A stretch of 64,000 nucleotides of DNA, taken from assembly GCF_006345805.1 (NCBI RefSeq), contig NC_043009.1, positions 36,704,001 through 36,768,000 of the forward strand. The letters run 5' to 3'. A program made the position numbers and the translations under genes. Origin of the DNA: Octopus sinensis. Lineage: Eukaryota. Positions 12,854 to 25,638 of the stretch are shown piece after piece; positions within the stretch are counted from its first letter, which is position 1, and every line of letters begins with the position of its first letter. The notes under the pieces were generated by a model, which did not search any database, was not told the DNA's origin, and saw nothing but the letters and a program-made list of their open reading frames with translations.

Positions 12854-13521
12854 GGTATATAAGCACCCACAGATTTGACGATGTAATGTGGAAGCATTTT
12901 ATGCGAGTTCTTGATCTGTTAGAAAGAACTGTCAAATGTCCTTCAAATGATATCTAACCATTTTGAAAAGGACCTCATTGAATAATGTAGTCCTAGATGT
13001 ACTGTGCAAGAAACGGTATAGTGACAGTGTTTTGATAATTTTGATAACAGGTCTACTGGAGTATGGCTGACCGGGGGCTAAACGGCAACAGCAACAGCAA
13101 CAAAAATAACAACAGTTTTATATAGACTGTAGACGTAAATAGACACGTTAAGGAGTGGAGGTCACATTAACAGATATACTGTAAAAGTTACAAAACTGAA
13201 ACAAGAAAACAAATAAACCAATGATGGTTGTGGTTAATCCTTCATAATCTGGTGATCCCTGAGATTTAGCAGCAATATATGTCAAACATCTGCTTAGAGA
13301 CGACATTACGGTGGGAAATGGTAGTGGTGGGAGGGTCCAGTGGGGGCTGTGATGGAGGGCAATACTATCTGGTTTTCCGTTGATCTTTTTCATTAAAACT
13401 GTAATTACAGCCACAACATCTTGTCAGTGTTTTGGCCGGTTTACAAGGGTGGTGGTGGTGGTGGGGGGGACAGAAATGAAAAATAAGAAATTACCGAACA
13501 AGCGAAAATATCCCACAGACA

Positions 13522-13593
13522 CTAGCACCAACACCCCACCACCACCGCCACTGCCGCTGCCACCACCGCCGCTGCCACCGCCGCCGCTGCCAC

Positions 13594-13650
<57 letters not shown>

Positions 13651-13882
13651 CTCCGCGCCTCCGCCGCCGCCCCTCCGCCGCCGCCTCCGCCTCCGCCTCC
13701 GCCTCCGCCTCCGCCGCCGCCGCCGCTCCGCCCGCCTCCTCCGCCTCCGCCGCTCCGCCTCCGCCGCCGCCGCCTCCGCCTCCGCCGCCGCCTCCGCCTC
13801 CGCCGCCGCCTCCGCCTCCGCCGCCGCCGCCGCCTCCGCCGCCGCCGTCATCATCATCATCATCGTCATCATCATCATCATC

Positions 13883-13932
<50 letters not shown>

Positions 13933-13961
13933 CATCATCATTATCATCATCATCATCATCA

Positions 13962-13994
<33 letters not shown>

Positions 13995-14155
13995 TCATCA
14001 TCATCGTCGTCGTCATATCATCATCATCATCATCATCGTCACCATCGTCGTCGTAATCATCATCATCATCATCATGATCATCATCATGATCATCATCATG
14101 ATGATCATCATCATCATCTTCCTCGTCATCCTCATTGTCGTCGTCATTATCATCT
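13522..14155. repeat. Compound trinucleotide tract (CCA)-(CCG/CCT)-(TCA/TCG)
   Basis: Read directly. The poly-P/S/H ORF 13380-14258 is the translation of this tract. Confidence 0.95.
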
Positions 14156-14649
14156 CCAAAGCAAAAAAAACATCAAGAACAGTGAAAAGGCAAAACAAAA
14201 CAAAACAAAACCAAAAAAAAACCCCACCATTTCTAAAGTATTAACCCTCATCATATAAATTACATAAAAAAAAATTATTAAAAATCAAAACAAAATGTTT
14301 GAGAAAAAAACCCCGCCAAAATGACATCCAATTAGGGTAAAATTTTGTTGGTGATGACAAATAATAGGCTTAAAGATGGAAGACAAAAAATGGTTTGTCT
14401 GTTATGAGTTGTGTGTTGTGTGAGTGTAGGTAGGTGTATGTGTATGCTAGCGTGTGTGTTTGTATGTCTCTCTCTCTCTCTCTCTGTTTCTCTGTCTCTG
14501 TCTCTGTCTCTTTCTCTCTATATATATGTTGTTGTTGTGTGTGTTATGTGTTCTGTCTTCACTTGGTAATCAAGCATTTTTTCCATTGAAACATTTGGAT
14601 TGTTTGTCTGATGAGCGTTGTATGCAATTCTGATACTGAGCGACGAATA

Positions 14650-14835
14650 ATAATGATAATGATAATACTAAATTGTCATTATTATCATTATTATTTTTTT
14701 TAAAAACTTGTGATAAAAAGAAAAAAAATTAATAATAATGATGATGATAATACTAAATTGTCATTATTATCATTATTATTTTTTTTAAAAACTTGTGATA
14801 AAAAGAAAAAAAATTAATAATAATGATGATGATAA
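14650..14835. repeat. Direct tandem duplication of about 86 bp
   Basis: atactaaattgtcattattatcattattattttttt...aaaaattaataataatgatgatgata occurs twice back to back. Confidence 0.9.
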
Positions 14836-15309
14836 TAATAAAGACAAAAACAAAAATAATAAATACTAATATTTTTTTTAGATTTCTTCCAAAATGAATA
14901 ACATATTTGAAGAGTAAATGAAGTGTGAATTGACAGAGTTAAAAAAAAAAAAAACTCAAGGAAAAACAAAAAGAAAACATCGGTGTTTTTAATGAAAATC
15001 TTTAGAAAATTTCTAGTTTGCAAATGCATAGTGAAATGAACTGAAATTAGTGACTGGTTGGAATATTTATGGAAAATACAAGAAACAAAAACCACCTCCG
15101 AATTTTGTTTAAAACGAAGTAATGCGTTTTTTTTTTAAAAAAAAATCTCAGTTTGTAAATAAAGAATTAACGAAACAACCCCTCTCAAACATAACAATAT
15201 CAATGTCTTAATTCTAACGTTGTAATTTAGAATTACAGTGGAAACTGTTTAACTAAAAGTATAATGAATGACTGTGAGGTGTGGAGTACCAACTTGTGTC
15301 TGTGCATGC

Positions 15310-15373
<64 letters not shown>

Positions 15374-15425
15374 CACATATACATACTCAAATAAACACAC
15401 ACATATCTGCAGATACAGATGCTAT

Positions 15426-15456
<31 letters not shown>

Positions 15457-15458
15457 GT

Positions 15459-15710
15459 GGAGGCGCGTGGGTTAGTTGTTAGGGTGTCAGCATCATGATC
15501 GTAAGATTGTGGTTTCGATTCCTGGACCGGGTGACGCGTTGTGTTCTTGAGCAAAACACTTCATTTCACGTTGCTCCAGTTCACTCAGCTGGCAAAGATG
15601 AGTAACGCTGCGATGGACTGGCGTCCCATCCAGCTGGGGAACACATACGCCATGGAAACCGGGAAACCGGGCCCATGAGCCTGGCTAGGCTTTAAAAGGG
15701 TGCATTTATA
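15459..15710 (+). mobile_element. tRNA-derived SINE family C (V-domain-like core)
   Basis: tRNA-like head (ggtttcgattcctgg B-box). The internal gcgatggactggcgtcccatccag resembles the V-SINE central domain as I recall it. Confidence 0.7.
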
Positions 15711-15824
15711 TACACATATATATATATACGTATGTATTGTATGTATATGTGAAAGTGAAAGTGAGTGAGATAGATAGATAGAGATAGAGATAAAGATAGA
15801 TAGACAGATAGATAGATAGAGATA

Positions 15825-15856
<32 letters not shown>

Positions 15857-16299
15857 GGGGGTGCTACTCTGGGTCAGAGTAGACCTGGGAACAATCATGG
15901 TTAAGAGTTGGTTCCACTCTCTTCAAAACCCCGCTACTCCCGACATAAAGCTCACTACAGGATACAGTTTAAAGTTATACGTAGGACACCTACACTTCTC
16001 CACACATACACATAACCAACCCTATTAAGCCATGTTTAATTTGCATATGAATAAAGTTTACCCCCACCCCTTTGATTTGGCTTTCTCAGATCTATTTCGG
16101 GGTGGGGGAAAAGTTTGCATTTCTATTTTTTTAAAAATTCCTTCTGGCTCTTACTAATGGACAGGCGAGACAACTCACTTCAAATCCCATTCAGGGGCGA
16201 TGGACATCGATGTTTCGTCATTTTTGTCGTTTATCAACTTTACCTGAACCGAAGAGAACAAGCAAGGCACAAACACTGAGTATGTGTGTGTGTTATCGA

Positions 16300-16331
<32 letters not shown>

Positions 16332-16496
16332 GACAGTCCCACACGATCCTGAGCGGTACAGTTGTTCATTTAAGAGTGTGAGAGTGCACAACCACTCAAC
16401 AGGCATTCAGTGCTATGGCCATATGCCTTTGTGATTTAAGCAAGAAAGAAGTATCTATCCATCCATCCATCCATCCATCCATCCATCCATCCATCC

Positions 16497-16616
<120 letters not shown>

Positions 16617-17320
16617 CTGTGTGTGTGTACATCAAACGGTGTATATATGTGTTTGTATACATTAAACCACATGTGTGTGTGTGTTGTGTGTGTGTGTGTG
16701 TTGTGTGTGTGTGTGTTGTGTGCGTTGTGTGTGTTGTCTGTGTGGTGTGTGTGTGTGTTGTGTGTGTGTGTGTGTGTGTGTAATCATTAGATCGATTCAA
16801 ACTAAATATCAGTAAAGAAAATATAATTTCCGTTAAGAAAAACTCCTGATATAATGTCTTCAAAATGTTTTCCTTATTTTTTTTTTCTCCTTTCTGCCTC
16901 TCTTCCTTTTCTTCTACTTCTTCCCAGATCTCTTTTATTTTTTCTTAGTCTTTTATATAATTTGCGACGGTACTTTTACGGTTAAACTACTCTTTTTTTC
17001 TGTACTTTTTGCCTGTCGTCTGCCACACTCTCTTAATGAACACGTTAGGTTCATTAAATTTGCAATAATTAGACGGTAAACATAAACTTGGTAACGAATC
17101 GTGTTTTTTTATTTTATTCCCGACCCGCCGCACCTTTGCCTTTCATTTCTCCTTCTTCTTTCTCTCTCCCTCTCTTACCCTTTCTCTCTCTCTCTCTTAC
17201 CCTTTCTCTCTCTTACTCCCTGTCTTTCTTACCCACTCTCTCTATCTATCTGTTTGTCTGTGTCTCTAATATCACTTTGATAATTTTCACGGGATATATG
17301 AGAAAGAGCGAGCGAAAAGG

Positions 17321-17370
<50 letters not shown>

Positions 17371-17376
17371 CGCGCG

Positions 17377-17413
<37 letters not shown>

Positions 17414-17994
17414 CAGAAAAGCGAGAGAGGTGCAACTACCGAAGAAAAGAGATAGTGATAAATGACCTGATAGCGAGATCCACCCCTCCCTGGATACCAT
17501 TTTTCTTTATCTTACAGTATTACGCCAAATACAAACTGGGGTAGCGACGGAATGCGAACTCTCAATCTCTTCACTGCTTGTCCACTCCTTTCATTAAACT
17601 GTCCCCTGCGTTCTAATCAAAACTATAAGAACTATTACAAATTTCCGGCTAGTAGACACCAGCACCAGGTTTCAATCCCAGTTGTAACTATTTTACTTCA
17701 CTTTTCTGAATGATGAAAAGACACACACACACACACACACACACACAACACACACACACACATATATATCTCCTCATCCACCTCACCCTCTTGTGCCGTC
17801 TTGTTCCTCCCCACCACTACGAAACTCTATAAAATGATTAAAATTACCCACAAAGGAATTATTTTGATTTGAAAACCCCACTAGAATGGGAGAAAGCGCT
17901 TATGATCTAAGTGATATGATATATATGTAAAAAATGTAATATATAAATAAATATCTGTAAATATAAACATCCGATCTTCTGATTACCTCATTTC

Positions 17995-18115
<121 letters not shown>

Positions 18116-18218
18116 TAACGTTTCGATCATGGTTCTTCGTCAGAAAGAGGAGAAAGGAAAGGTCCGGAGAAAAACAAGCCCAAGAAAAGAACATATGTGA
18201 TTCGATGGCTATATATAT

Positions 18219-18581
18219 AGGTGCAAGAGTAGCTGTGTGGTAAGTAGCTTGCTAACCAACCACATGGTTCCGGGTTCAGTCCTACTGCGTGGCAACTTGG
18301 GCGAGTGTCTTATACTATATCCTAGGGCCGACCAAAGCCTTTTGAGTGGATTTGGTAGATGGAAACTGAAAGAATCCCGTCGTATATATATATGTGTGTG
18401 TGTGGTGTGTGTGTATTTGTCGCCCCACCATCGCTTGACAACCGATGCTGGTGTGTTTACGTCCCCGTAACTTAGCGGTTCGGCAAACGAGACCGATAGA
18501 ATAAGTACTAGGCTTACAAAGAATAAGTCCTCGGGTCGAGTTGCTCGACTAAAGGCGGTGCTCCAGCATGGCTGCAGTCAA
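18219..18581 (+). mobile_element. SINE family A
   Basis: Aligns to 3027-3433. Confidence 0.85.
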
Positions 18582-18826
18582 CTATCTATCTATCTATCTA
18601 TCTATCTATTGTTAAGCTCTTCTGTCGTGGACGACTGATGAGGTTTTTCTGCAACTTTTTGCTGAACAACCTGCACAGATGTTATAGTGATTAAATGTTT
18701 GTGCTGTACATGTATATGCATATACATATATATATATATAATGTATACACACATACACACGCGCCTACATAACAGCCCACTAACTATTCTACCTCTCAAA
18801 CCCCCCTCATCTATATGATATATATC

Positions 18827-18889
<63 letters not shown>

Positions 18890-18892
<3 letters not shown>

Positions 18893-21200
18893 TAAACTGT
18901 AGGTATACGGTTGTGACTACCTACAAGTATATTTCCTATTTAGTACTGGGATGTTTCATTTATGAGGACGTACACCTCTATTAGTCTGATTGTTGGGTCC
19001 TTCGGGAGCTAGGATAAAATGCGGTTGTCAAGTTGACCCGGTTGCCTCCATGTTGATCTTTGGCATGTTGGTAGCGTATGGAGGGCTGTTTTTGTCGTCA
19101 AATTGTCTCAAATGTTCATGCAGTCTTACTGCAATGCTCTTAGATGTCTCACCTATGTACATCATGATTTTGACTTTACAAGCACCTTCTATGCACCTTA
19201 TGCTCTAGACTACATTTCTAGTTCTACAGTTAATGCCAGGGTTAATCCTACATATCATGCAGTTATCATTGGTGCATGCGGTATTTTTAGAGGGGCATGA
19301 CCTACATAGTTGTGATCTGGTGGAGCTAACCTGGCTTTTCAACGATCTTAAAGCTCTCCTAAATCTACGGGTTAGTTCCCCATGTGCTGTGTCCTCTACA
19401 AACATCACACCTTCATATTTGTCGGTCTTGTACCTCGTGTTTACCCTGTTTGCTTTGTCACAACTCTTTGTATTCTATTCCAGTCTTTACTTCTATACGT
19501 AGGGCAGGTACCACTGGTTTCATTACAAATAATGCTAACTAACTTCTTTCTAACTCCCCTGTATAACTGAACCCTATCTTTCTGATCATATCCAGAGAAT
19601 TGCATGCGGTGCATGAAGTTCTGTACATGTTTCTTTGTTTCATAGGATTTGCCTATTGAGGACACGTTGTTCATTATCCTAAATCTGCTATCGGTATGTT
19701 AATTTTCATGTTGTGTGACAAAGCTGAGTTCTTGTGAACAACGTATTTCGAAGCTATGGGTTTCATGTAATAGGAATGGAGGAGCTGCATTCTGTTGTTC
19801 ACAGTCTCTAACCAAACTTCATTATCTATTGTTGGGGTGCCTAGTGGCGTGATCTATAGTTACCTTGATACTTTCTGGGATGGAGATAGCCACTTGCTGG
19901 AAGCTTTCCATTATGTTCGTCTCGGTTTCTGCATTACCGTTACTAGAGTTAGTCTTAATTAGAATATTAATGTCATCTACATGCCTACAGTAAAGTAAAA
20001 GGGTTGTGGACCGTTCTGCTAAGGATTATTACGTTTCCTGACCTACCAGGTCAGGGAGAGGCCGGCCACATCTCCAGTTACACTGCTACCAATGGTTGCA
20101 CCTTGAACCTCCATGTATAGTTAAACTTTACTATATAGTTAAACTTTACTATGTGGTTCTTCAAGATGGTTCTTATGGTAGCTCCTTTTGCTTGTGCAAT
20201 CATTCTTTTTACTTGATTGTCGTTCTCAGGGTTTTGGGTGGGTATGGTCCAGCCCCTTTAGCGCTCTGCGGTGCTTTCCTTCACCGCCGAGGTGATGGTG
20301 GGTGGTCTTCCCCTCTGTGACCTAGTGGGGAAAAATCTACTAAGGTCACGGTTGTCTAGATAGTTCCTGTTATAGCTTAGTTTAAGGAGGAGGCTCAGTT
20401 TCCTCGTGTTGACTTCATGGAACTCTACATCACTCTCACACATCATCTCGATGCATTTTCCACAGCAAAATTTATGTCTATAGATGGGTAGAGTGAAATT
20501 ACATCCATACTACCCACTACATAACCTGTGAGGTCGTTGAAGTGGTTGCAACTACTGATTCTAATGAGGGGGTCCTCCATGCGCCCACAGACATCTGGGT
20601 ACATTTCAATAAGAGGTCGTAATACCTGTGAAAGGAAGTAGGATAGTCTATAATTGCTGGAGATATTCGCTCCGCAAACTGCTCGGATTGGGGGCCCAAT
20701 AACGGGGCTTACGTAGGGTTTATGGTCTTTACGTAACCTATATAGTGTAAGAACATCATTGTTGAATGCTTGGAAATTGTGTGCAGTCTGTTTCTTGGGT
20801 TGGAGTATGTTGCACCACATTCCTATGTGTGCATTGAAGAGTTTTTCTACTCTTTCATGTTCTTGTGGTGCAACCTCTCTCATGCTGCTGTTGTGTTATT
20901 GCATGGTCTGGACATAGTTCTGTGGGCTGTCTATTGACGGTCTGCCAGACTTGTCTGTAGGAAGGCACTCTAATTCCCTGTTTCTAATTTGCTGTTTCAG
21001 TTTTTGTAGGCCTTTGGCAACAGATGAACTGAGCTGGTGGTTCTCCTCTTCATTATGTTTTTTAGTGGTTTTGTTGAACCAGTCTAAGATTTGTTGGAGT
21101 CTATTTCTAGCTAAAGAAATCTTTGCTTCTGTCTCACTGTCAATCTGGGTGGGATACATACCCTTTTGTTGAAGGGTAAGTCTGTGGGGTAGATCCTTGT
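18890..21200 (-). pseudogene. Decayed Penelope-like retroelement (RT + C-terminal GIY-YIG endonuclease), Naiad/Neptune-like
   Basis: Ordered minus-strand motifs across frameshifts and stops: ECLPTDKSGR; LYRLRKDHK...PIRAVCGAN...SYFLSQVL; GSMDVISLYPSID; QGATIGSSVTGDVA; YCRHVDDI; YYMKPIAS; linker CTNDNCMIC; NCRTRNVV*SIRCIEGAC...YIGETSKSIAVRLHEH; HAKDQH. Confidence 0.92.
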
Positions 21201-21620
21201 CATGTCATATGATTTGTTGTTAGGGTTGTTGAAGGCAGAGTGTAGGGTGTTATTATTATCGTTGTGGTTGTTATAGTTGCTGGCATTGTTGTTGCTAGTG
21301 GTGGTGGTGGTGGTAGTGCTTGTGTTGTGTACATTGTTGTTGTTGTTATTGATATGGGTGGTGTTGATGTTGTTGTTGATGTGAGTGTTGTTGGTAGTGG
21401 TGTGGATGATGTGGTTGGTATTGTTGTCTGCGTGTGGTGTGTTGTCATTGTTGTTGTTGCTATTATCTTCGCTATTGTTATTGTTATAATTGTTGTTTTG
21501 GTTCCGTATGTTTGTGTTGTTGTTGTTATAGTTGTTTGAGTGGGGAATGTTGTGGTTATATTTGTTGTTATTGTTATTGCGACTATTGTTGTCATTAACG
21601 TTGCCATTGTTATATGTTGA
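21200..21620. repeat. Degenerate (GTT/ATT/GGT)n low-complexity tract abutting the PLE 5' end
   Basis: Read directly. It produces the Thr-rich ORF 21200-21607. Confidence 0.85.
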
Positions 21621-21784
21621 AATTTTTGATTATTTTCATAATAATAATAATGATAATAATGGTTTCAAATTAGTGGAGTAGCCGAGGTCAAAACGTTCCA
21701 TATACAGCTCCATAACTTAGAATGTGTTTCTTTTTTCGGATTTATGTTTACGGACGATACCCCCACCCCATATATATATATATA

Positions 21785-21936
21785 TTCTCTCCTTGTTTTT
21801 TCTGTGTACCTTTCTGTAGAAGAGCGTAGGCTCGAAACGTAATATACTTTTTCTATTCCTTAGCGTTATACTAATACATCTGTTTGTTTTGTACACCACC
21901 TGTCTTCGTGTTTTGTTTTTTTTGTAAACTTTTCCT
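21785..21936 (+). mobile_element. Short PLE-pLTR-like repeat with variant hammerhead motif (copy 2)
   Basis: 21810-21841 reads CTTT CTGTAGA A GAGC gtag GCTC GAAA CG TA. It is homologous to 9297-9450 in reverse orientation. Confidence 0.7.
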
Positions 21937-22265
21937 ATATATATATATAAGGGTAAAAGGGTAAAAAATTAGAATAATTTTTTTCACCAGTGGTTCGCAT
22001 GCCAAATGAAAGTCATAAGACAACATATTTTCATATGTAAGAGTGCATATAGATATATACACAAAAAGAAGACCCATGGCAGCGCTTCTTACATGTTAAA
22101 AAGGCACGCCGATAAAGCCCTAGGATTAAAGGAATTAAACTGCCTTTTTAGCATGTAAGAAGTCCAACCATGGATCTTCTCTTTGGGTATATATCTATAT
22201 ACACTCATATCAATCAGTCAATCACTCTCTCTTTCTCTCTCTGTCTATCTATCTATCTGTCTGTC

Positions 22266-22297
<32 letters not shown>

Positions 22298-22334
22298 TAT
22301 ATATATATTCATTCACACACACACACACACACAG

Positions 22335-22367
<33 letters not shown>

Positions 22368-22374
22368 GTATGTA

Positions 22375-22414
<40 letters not shown>

Positions 22415-22447
22415 TTCGCATGTATACATGCGCATATATATATATTG

Positions 22448-22760
22448 TGTGGAGGCGCAATGACCCAGTGGTTAGGGCAGCGGACTCGCGGTCGTAGGAT
22501 TGCGGTTTCGATTCTCAGACCGGGCGTTGTGAGTGTTTATTGAGCAAAAACACCTAAAGCTCCACGATGCTCCGGCAGTGGGTGGCGGCGGTCCCTGCTG
22601 TACTCTTTCGCTACAACTTTCTCTCACTCTTTCTTCTGTTGGCCTGCTCGCTTAGCCAGCGGGGTGGCGTCATTTGAAGGCTAAAACAATGCGAAGAGCA
22701 TTGTGACCAGCGATGTGTAGCAACATCTGATAGTCTGGTCGGTCACGATGATCACGGTGA
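22448..22760 (+). mobile_element. SINE with family D head and an alternative tail
   Basis: The head matches 8400-8512 and 54600-54695. The tail (ggcctgctcgcttagccagcgggg...ggtcggtcacg) recurs at 51533-51650 (-) and 61643-61765 (+). Confidence 0.8.
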
Positions 22761-23033
22761 TATATATATTGTATATGTATGTATGTGTATATATATATAC
22801 ACATACATATACATAATTTATATATATATATCTTATCTCATGGTACGATATGAACATTTAACGTGGTTTTTATAGTCAGAATTTCGACTGCTATTTCGGC
22901 ATGTTGGTGTCTCTCAGACACCCTCATTTTAAATTGTTAAAAATTATTACCTTTGTACGGTATTTTTTCCATGCTGGCCACTTGATGATATTGATACTTA
23001 AATATCGATATATATATATAAATTTATATATAT

Positions 23034-23076
<43 letters not shown>

Positions 23077-23326
23077 TAATATGTAATGTGTATATATATG
23101 AAGAATACACACACTCACATATAGATATATGTCTGAATGAATGTAGCAGATGCTCCAACAAGTAACATGCACAAAGTACCACACAAAGAAATAAAGAGAA
23201 CATATGTTAACTTGTTTTTATTGAAGAACTCCTCAGAATGGAACATAAAATCGAAACTTGTCGATATTTTTTGCACTTCACCTTTTAATGTTCAAATTGT
23301 CTTTGTTATAGAGACAGACATCTATA

Positions 23327-23367
<41 letters not shown>

Positions 23368-23413
23368 CACCACACACACACACAACACACACACATAAAC
23401 ACACCATTTACGT

Positions 23414-23450
<37 letters not shown>

Positions 23451-23536
23451 ATGTATTATGTATGTATATTTCTCTGTGTGTAATGTATGTATATATGTGT
23501 ATATATATATATTATATATATATATATATATTATAT

Positions 23537-23580
<44 letters not shown>

Positions 23581-23813
23581 ATAATAGAAATATTAAAATA
23601 ACTAAGTCTCTCTAAAAGAGAACAGCGGCAGCGTTCCCGGAAAATAATAGTTATCGCCATACTAATATGGCATTCTTATAAAAATAAGAAAAAAGCTGTC
23701 CGCTTATTAGCTCCATGAGGCCATCGCCTTAAGTTAGCTATTTGATACACAAACTGTATCCATATAACCTTCGAACAAGGGAGGTCAGTCGCTCCACACT
23801 ACTTGACCGGCAG

Positions 23814-23852
23814 CTACAGACGCGTTTCGGGGTATTGCCCTTTTCAATGCAG
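23814..23852 (-). ncRNA. Predicted minimal type I hammerhead ribozyme, U3-A8 variant
   Basis: The minus strand reads CUGCA-UUGAAAA-GGG caauac CCC-GAAA-CGCG-UC-UGUAG. Stem I is CUGCA/UGUAG, stem III is the palindrome ACGCGU, and the cleavage triplet is GUC. Confidence 0.7.
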
Positions 23853-24015
23853 CGTAGCCAGCCAGTAGGTGTCGCTTCCGACAATCTCTGTTCGATGGTT
23901 TTATTTACCTAGTTTCGGTGGAATACATCCACTTGTTTTCAATAATAGAAATATTAAAATAATATTAAACCATCGAACAGAGATTGTCGGAAGCGACACC
24001 TACTGGCTGGCTACG

Positions 24016-24054
24016 CTGCATTGAAAAGGGGCAATACCCCGAACGCGTCTGTAG
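24016..24054 (+). ncRNA. Second copy of the U3-A8 hammerhead motif, with one A missing from GAAA
   Basis: CTGCA TTGAAAA GGGG caata CCCC GAA CGCGTC TGTAG. Confidence 0.5.
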
Positions 24055-24217
24055 CTGCCGGTCAAGTAGTGTGGAGCGACTGACCTCCCTTGTTGGAAGG
24101 TTATATGATACAGTTTGTGTATCAAATAGCTAACTTAAGGCGATGGCCTCATGGAGCTAATAAGCGGACAGCTTTTTTCTTATTTTTATAAGAATGCCAT
24201 ATTAGTATGGCGATAAC

Positions 24218-24255
<38 letters not shown>

Positions 24256-24265
24256 TATATTATAT

Positions 24266-24315
<50 letters not shown>

Positions 24316-24324
24316 TATATAGAT

Positions 24325-24472
24325 ATGTGGTAAGTAGCTTGCGAACCAGCCACATGGTTCTGGGTTCAGTCCCACTGCGTGGCATCTTGGGCAAGTGTCT
24401 TCTACTATAGCCCCGGCCGACCAATGCCTTGTGAGTGGATTTGGTAGACGGAACTGAAAGAAGCCTGTCGTA

Positions 24473-24521
<49 letters not shown>

Positions 24522-24523
24522 GT

Positions 24524-24561
<38 letters not shown>

Positions 24562-24772
24562 TTGTGTGTCTGTGTTTGTCCCCCTAGCATTGCTTGACAA
24601 CCGATGCTGGTGTCTTTACGTCCCCGTAACCTCGCGGTTCGGCAAAACAGACCGATAAAATAAGTACTAGGCTTACAAAGAATAGGTCGTGGGGTCGATT
24701 TGCTCGACTTAAGGCGGTGCTCCAGCATGGCCGCGGTCAAATGACTGAAACAAGTAAAAGAGTGTAAAGAGT
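24325..24772 (+). mobile_element. SINE family A
   Basis: Aligns to 3027-3433. Confidence 0.85.
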
Positions 24773-25042
24773 ATATATATATATAATTCTTTTATACGTT
24801 TCAGCCCTAAAGGCTGTGGCCATGCTGGATCACCGCCAGTAGAAAAATATAGAACACTTCACGAATTTGCGTGTCATCCTAGCGCAATGGATGCTGACTA
24901 GGTTGCAAAAGCGACGAAAATCTTGAAAAGAAGAAAAAAAATATAAATGATAAATGAATGGAAATTGAACCGGTGCGTGTGTCAGATATTAAGGAAATAT
25001 GACTCTCCCCAACACAACAAAGTATCTCTGTATATATATAAG

Positions 25043-25125
<83 letters not shown>

Positions 25126-25583
25126 GTATATATAAACGTATGTGTATGTATATAATCTCTATCCTGGCGTAAATGCGTGTGTGTGTCTGTATATATACAG
25201 ACACACACACATACACACACATATATACGTATGTATGTATCTACAATTGTATGTGAATGTGTATATATATATATATATATATCATCTGTGTGTGTGTGTG
25301 CGTGTGTGTATGGTATATTATGAGCATGTGTATATATGTATGCATGATAGCATATATATATTACGTAAATATATATTATATATTTATATATTATATATAT
25401 ATATATAAATACATATACCTACATACATACATATTTACATGCATTCATGCATACATATATAACATGCTCATAATATACCATACACACACGCACGCACACA
25501 TACATATATATATATATTTATATATACACGTACACAGAATATACATATACATTCACATACAATTGTACATGTATATATACACA

Positions 25584-25638
<55 letters not shown>

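Larger units (their letters stand above)
23581..24223. mobile_element. Head-to-head inverted pair of PLE-pLTR-like arms (about 258 bp each) embedded in (TA)n
   Basis: 23643-23901 is the near-perfect reverse complement of 23967-24223. The 65-bp spacer contains a direct 21-bp copy of 23581-23601. Confidence 0.85.

Noticed and set aside
18117-18150. Minus-strand CTGACGA-agaaccatgatc-GAAACGTTA hammerhead-like motif
   Set aside because: The core boxes are present, but stem II has only 2 bp and stem I does not pair. At best it is a decayed pLTR, so I did not call it as a ribozyme.
18634-18680. CTGATGA followed by a long hairpin next to the PLE 3' end
   Set aside because: There is no GAAA box after the stem (it reads TGCA), and it is antisense to the PLE ORF.
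19100-19300. Selenocysteine recoding in the PLE (known for some Naiad elements)
   Set aside because: All Cys positions in the linker and endonuclease are TGC/TGT. The in-frame stop is TAG at the expected Tyr, not TGA.
23902-23950. Second UUGAAAA...GUGGA/UCCAC...GAAAC motif on the minus strand in the spacer
   Set aside because: Stem II has unpaired extra bases and stem I does not close. It is suggestive of a remnant but not supportable.
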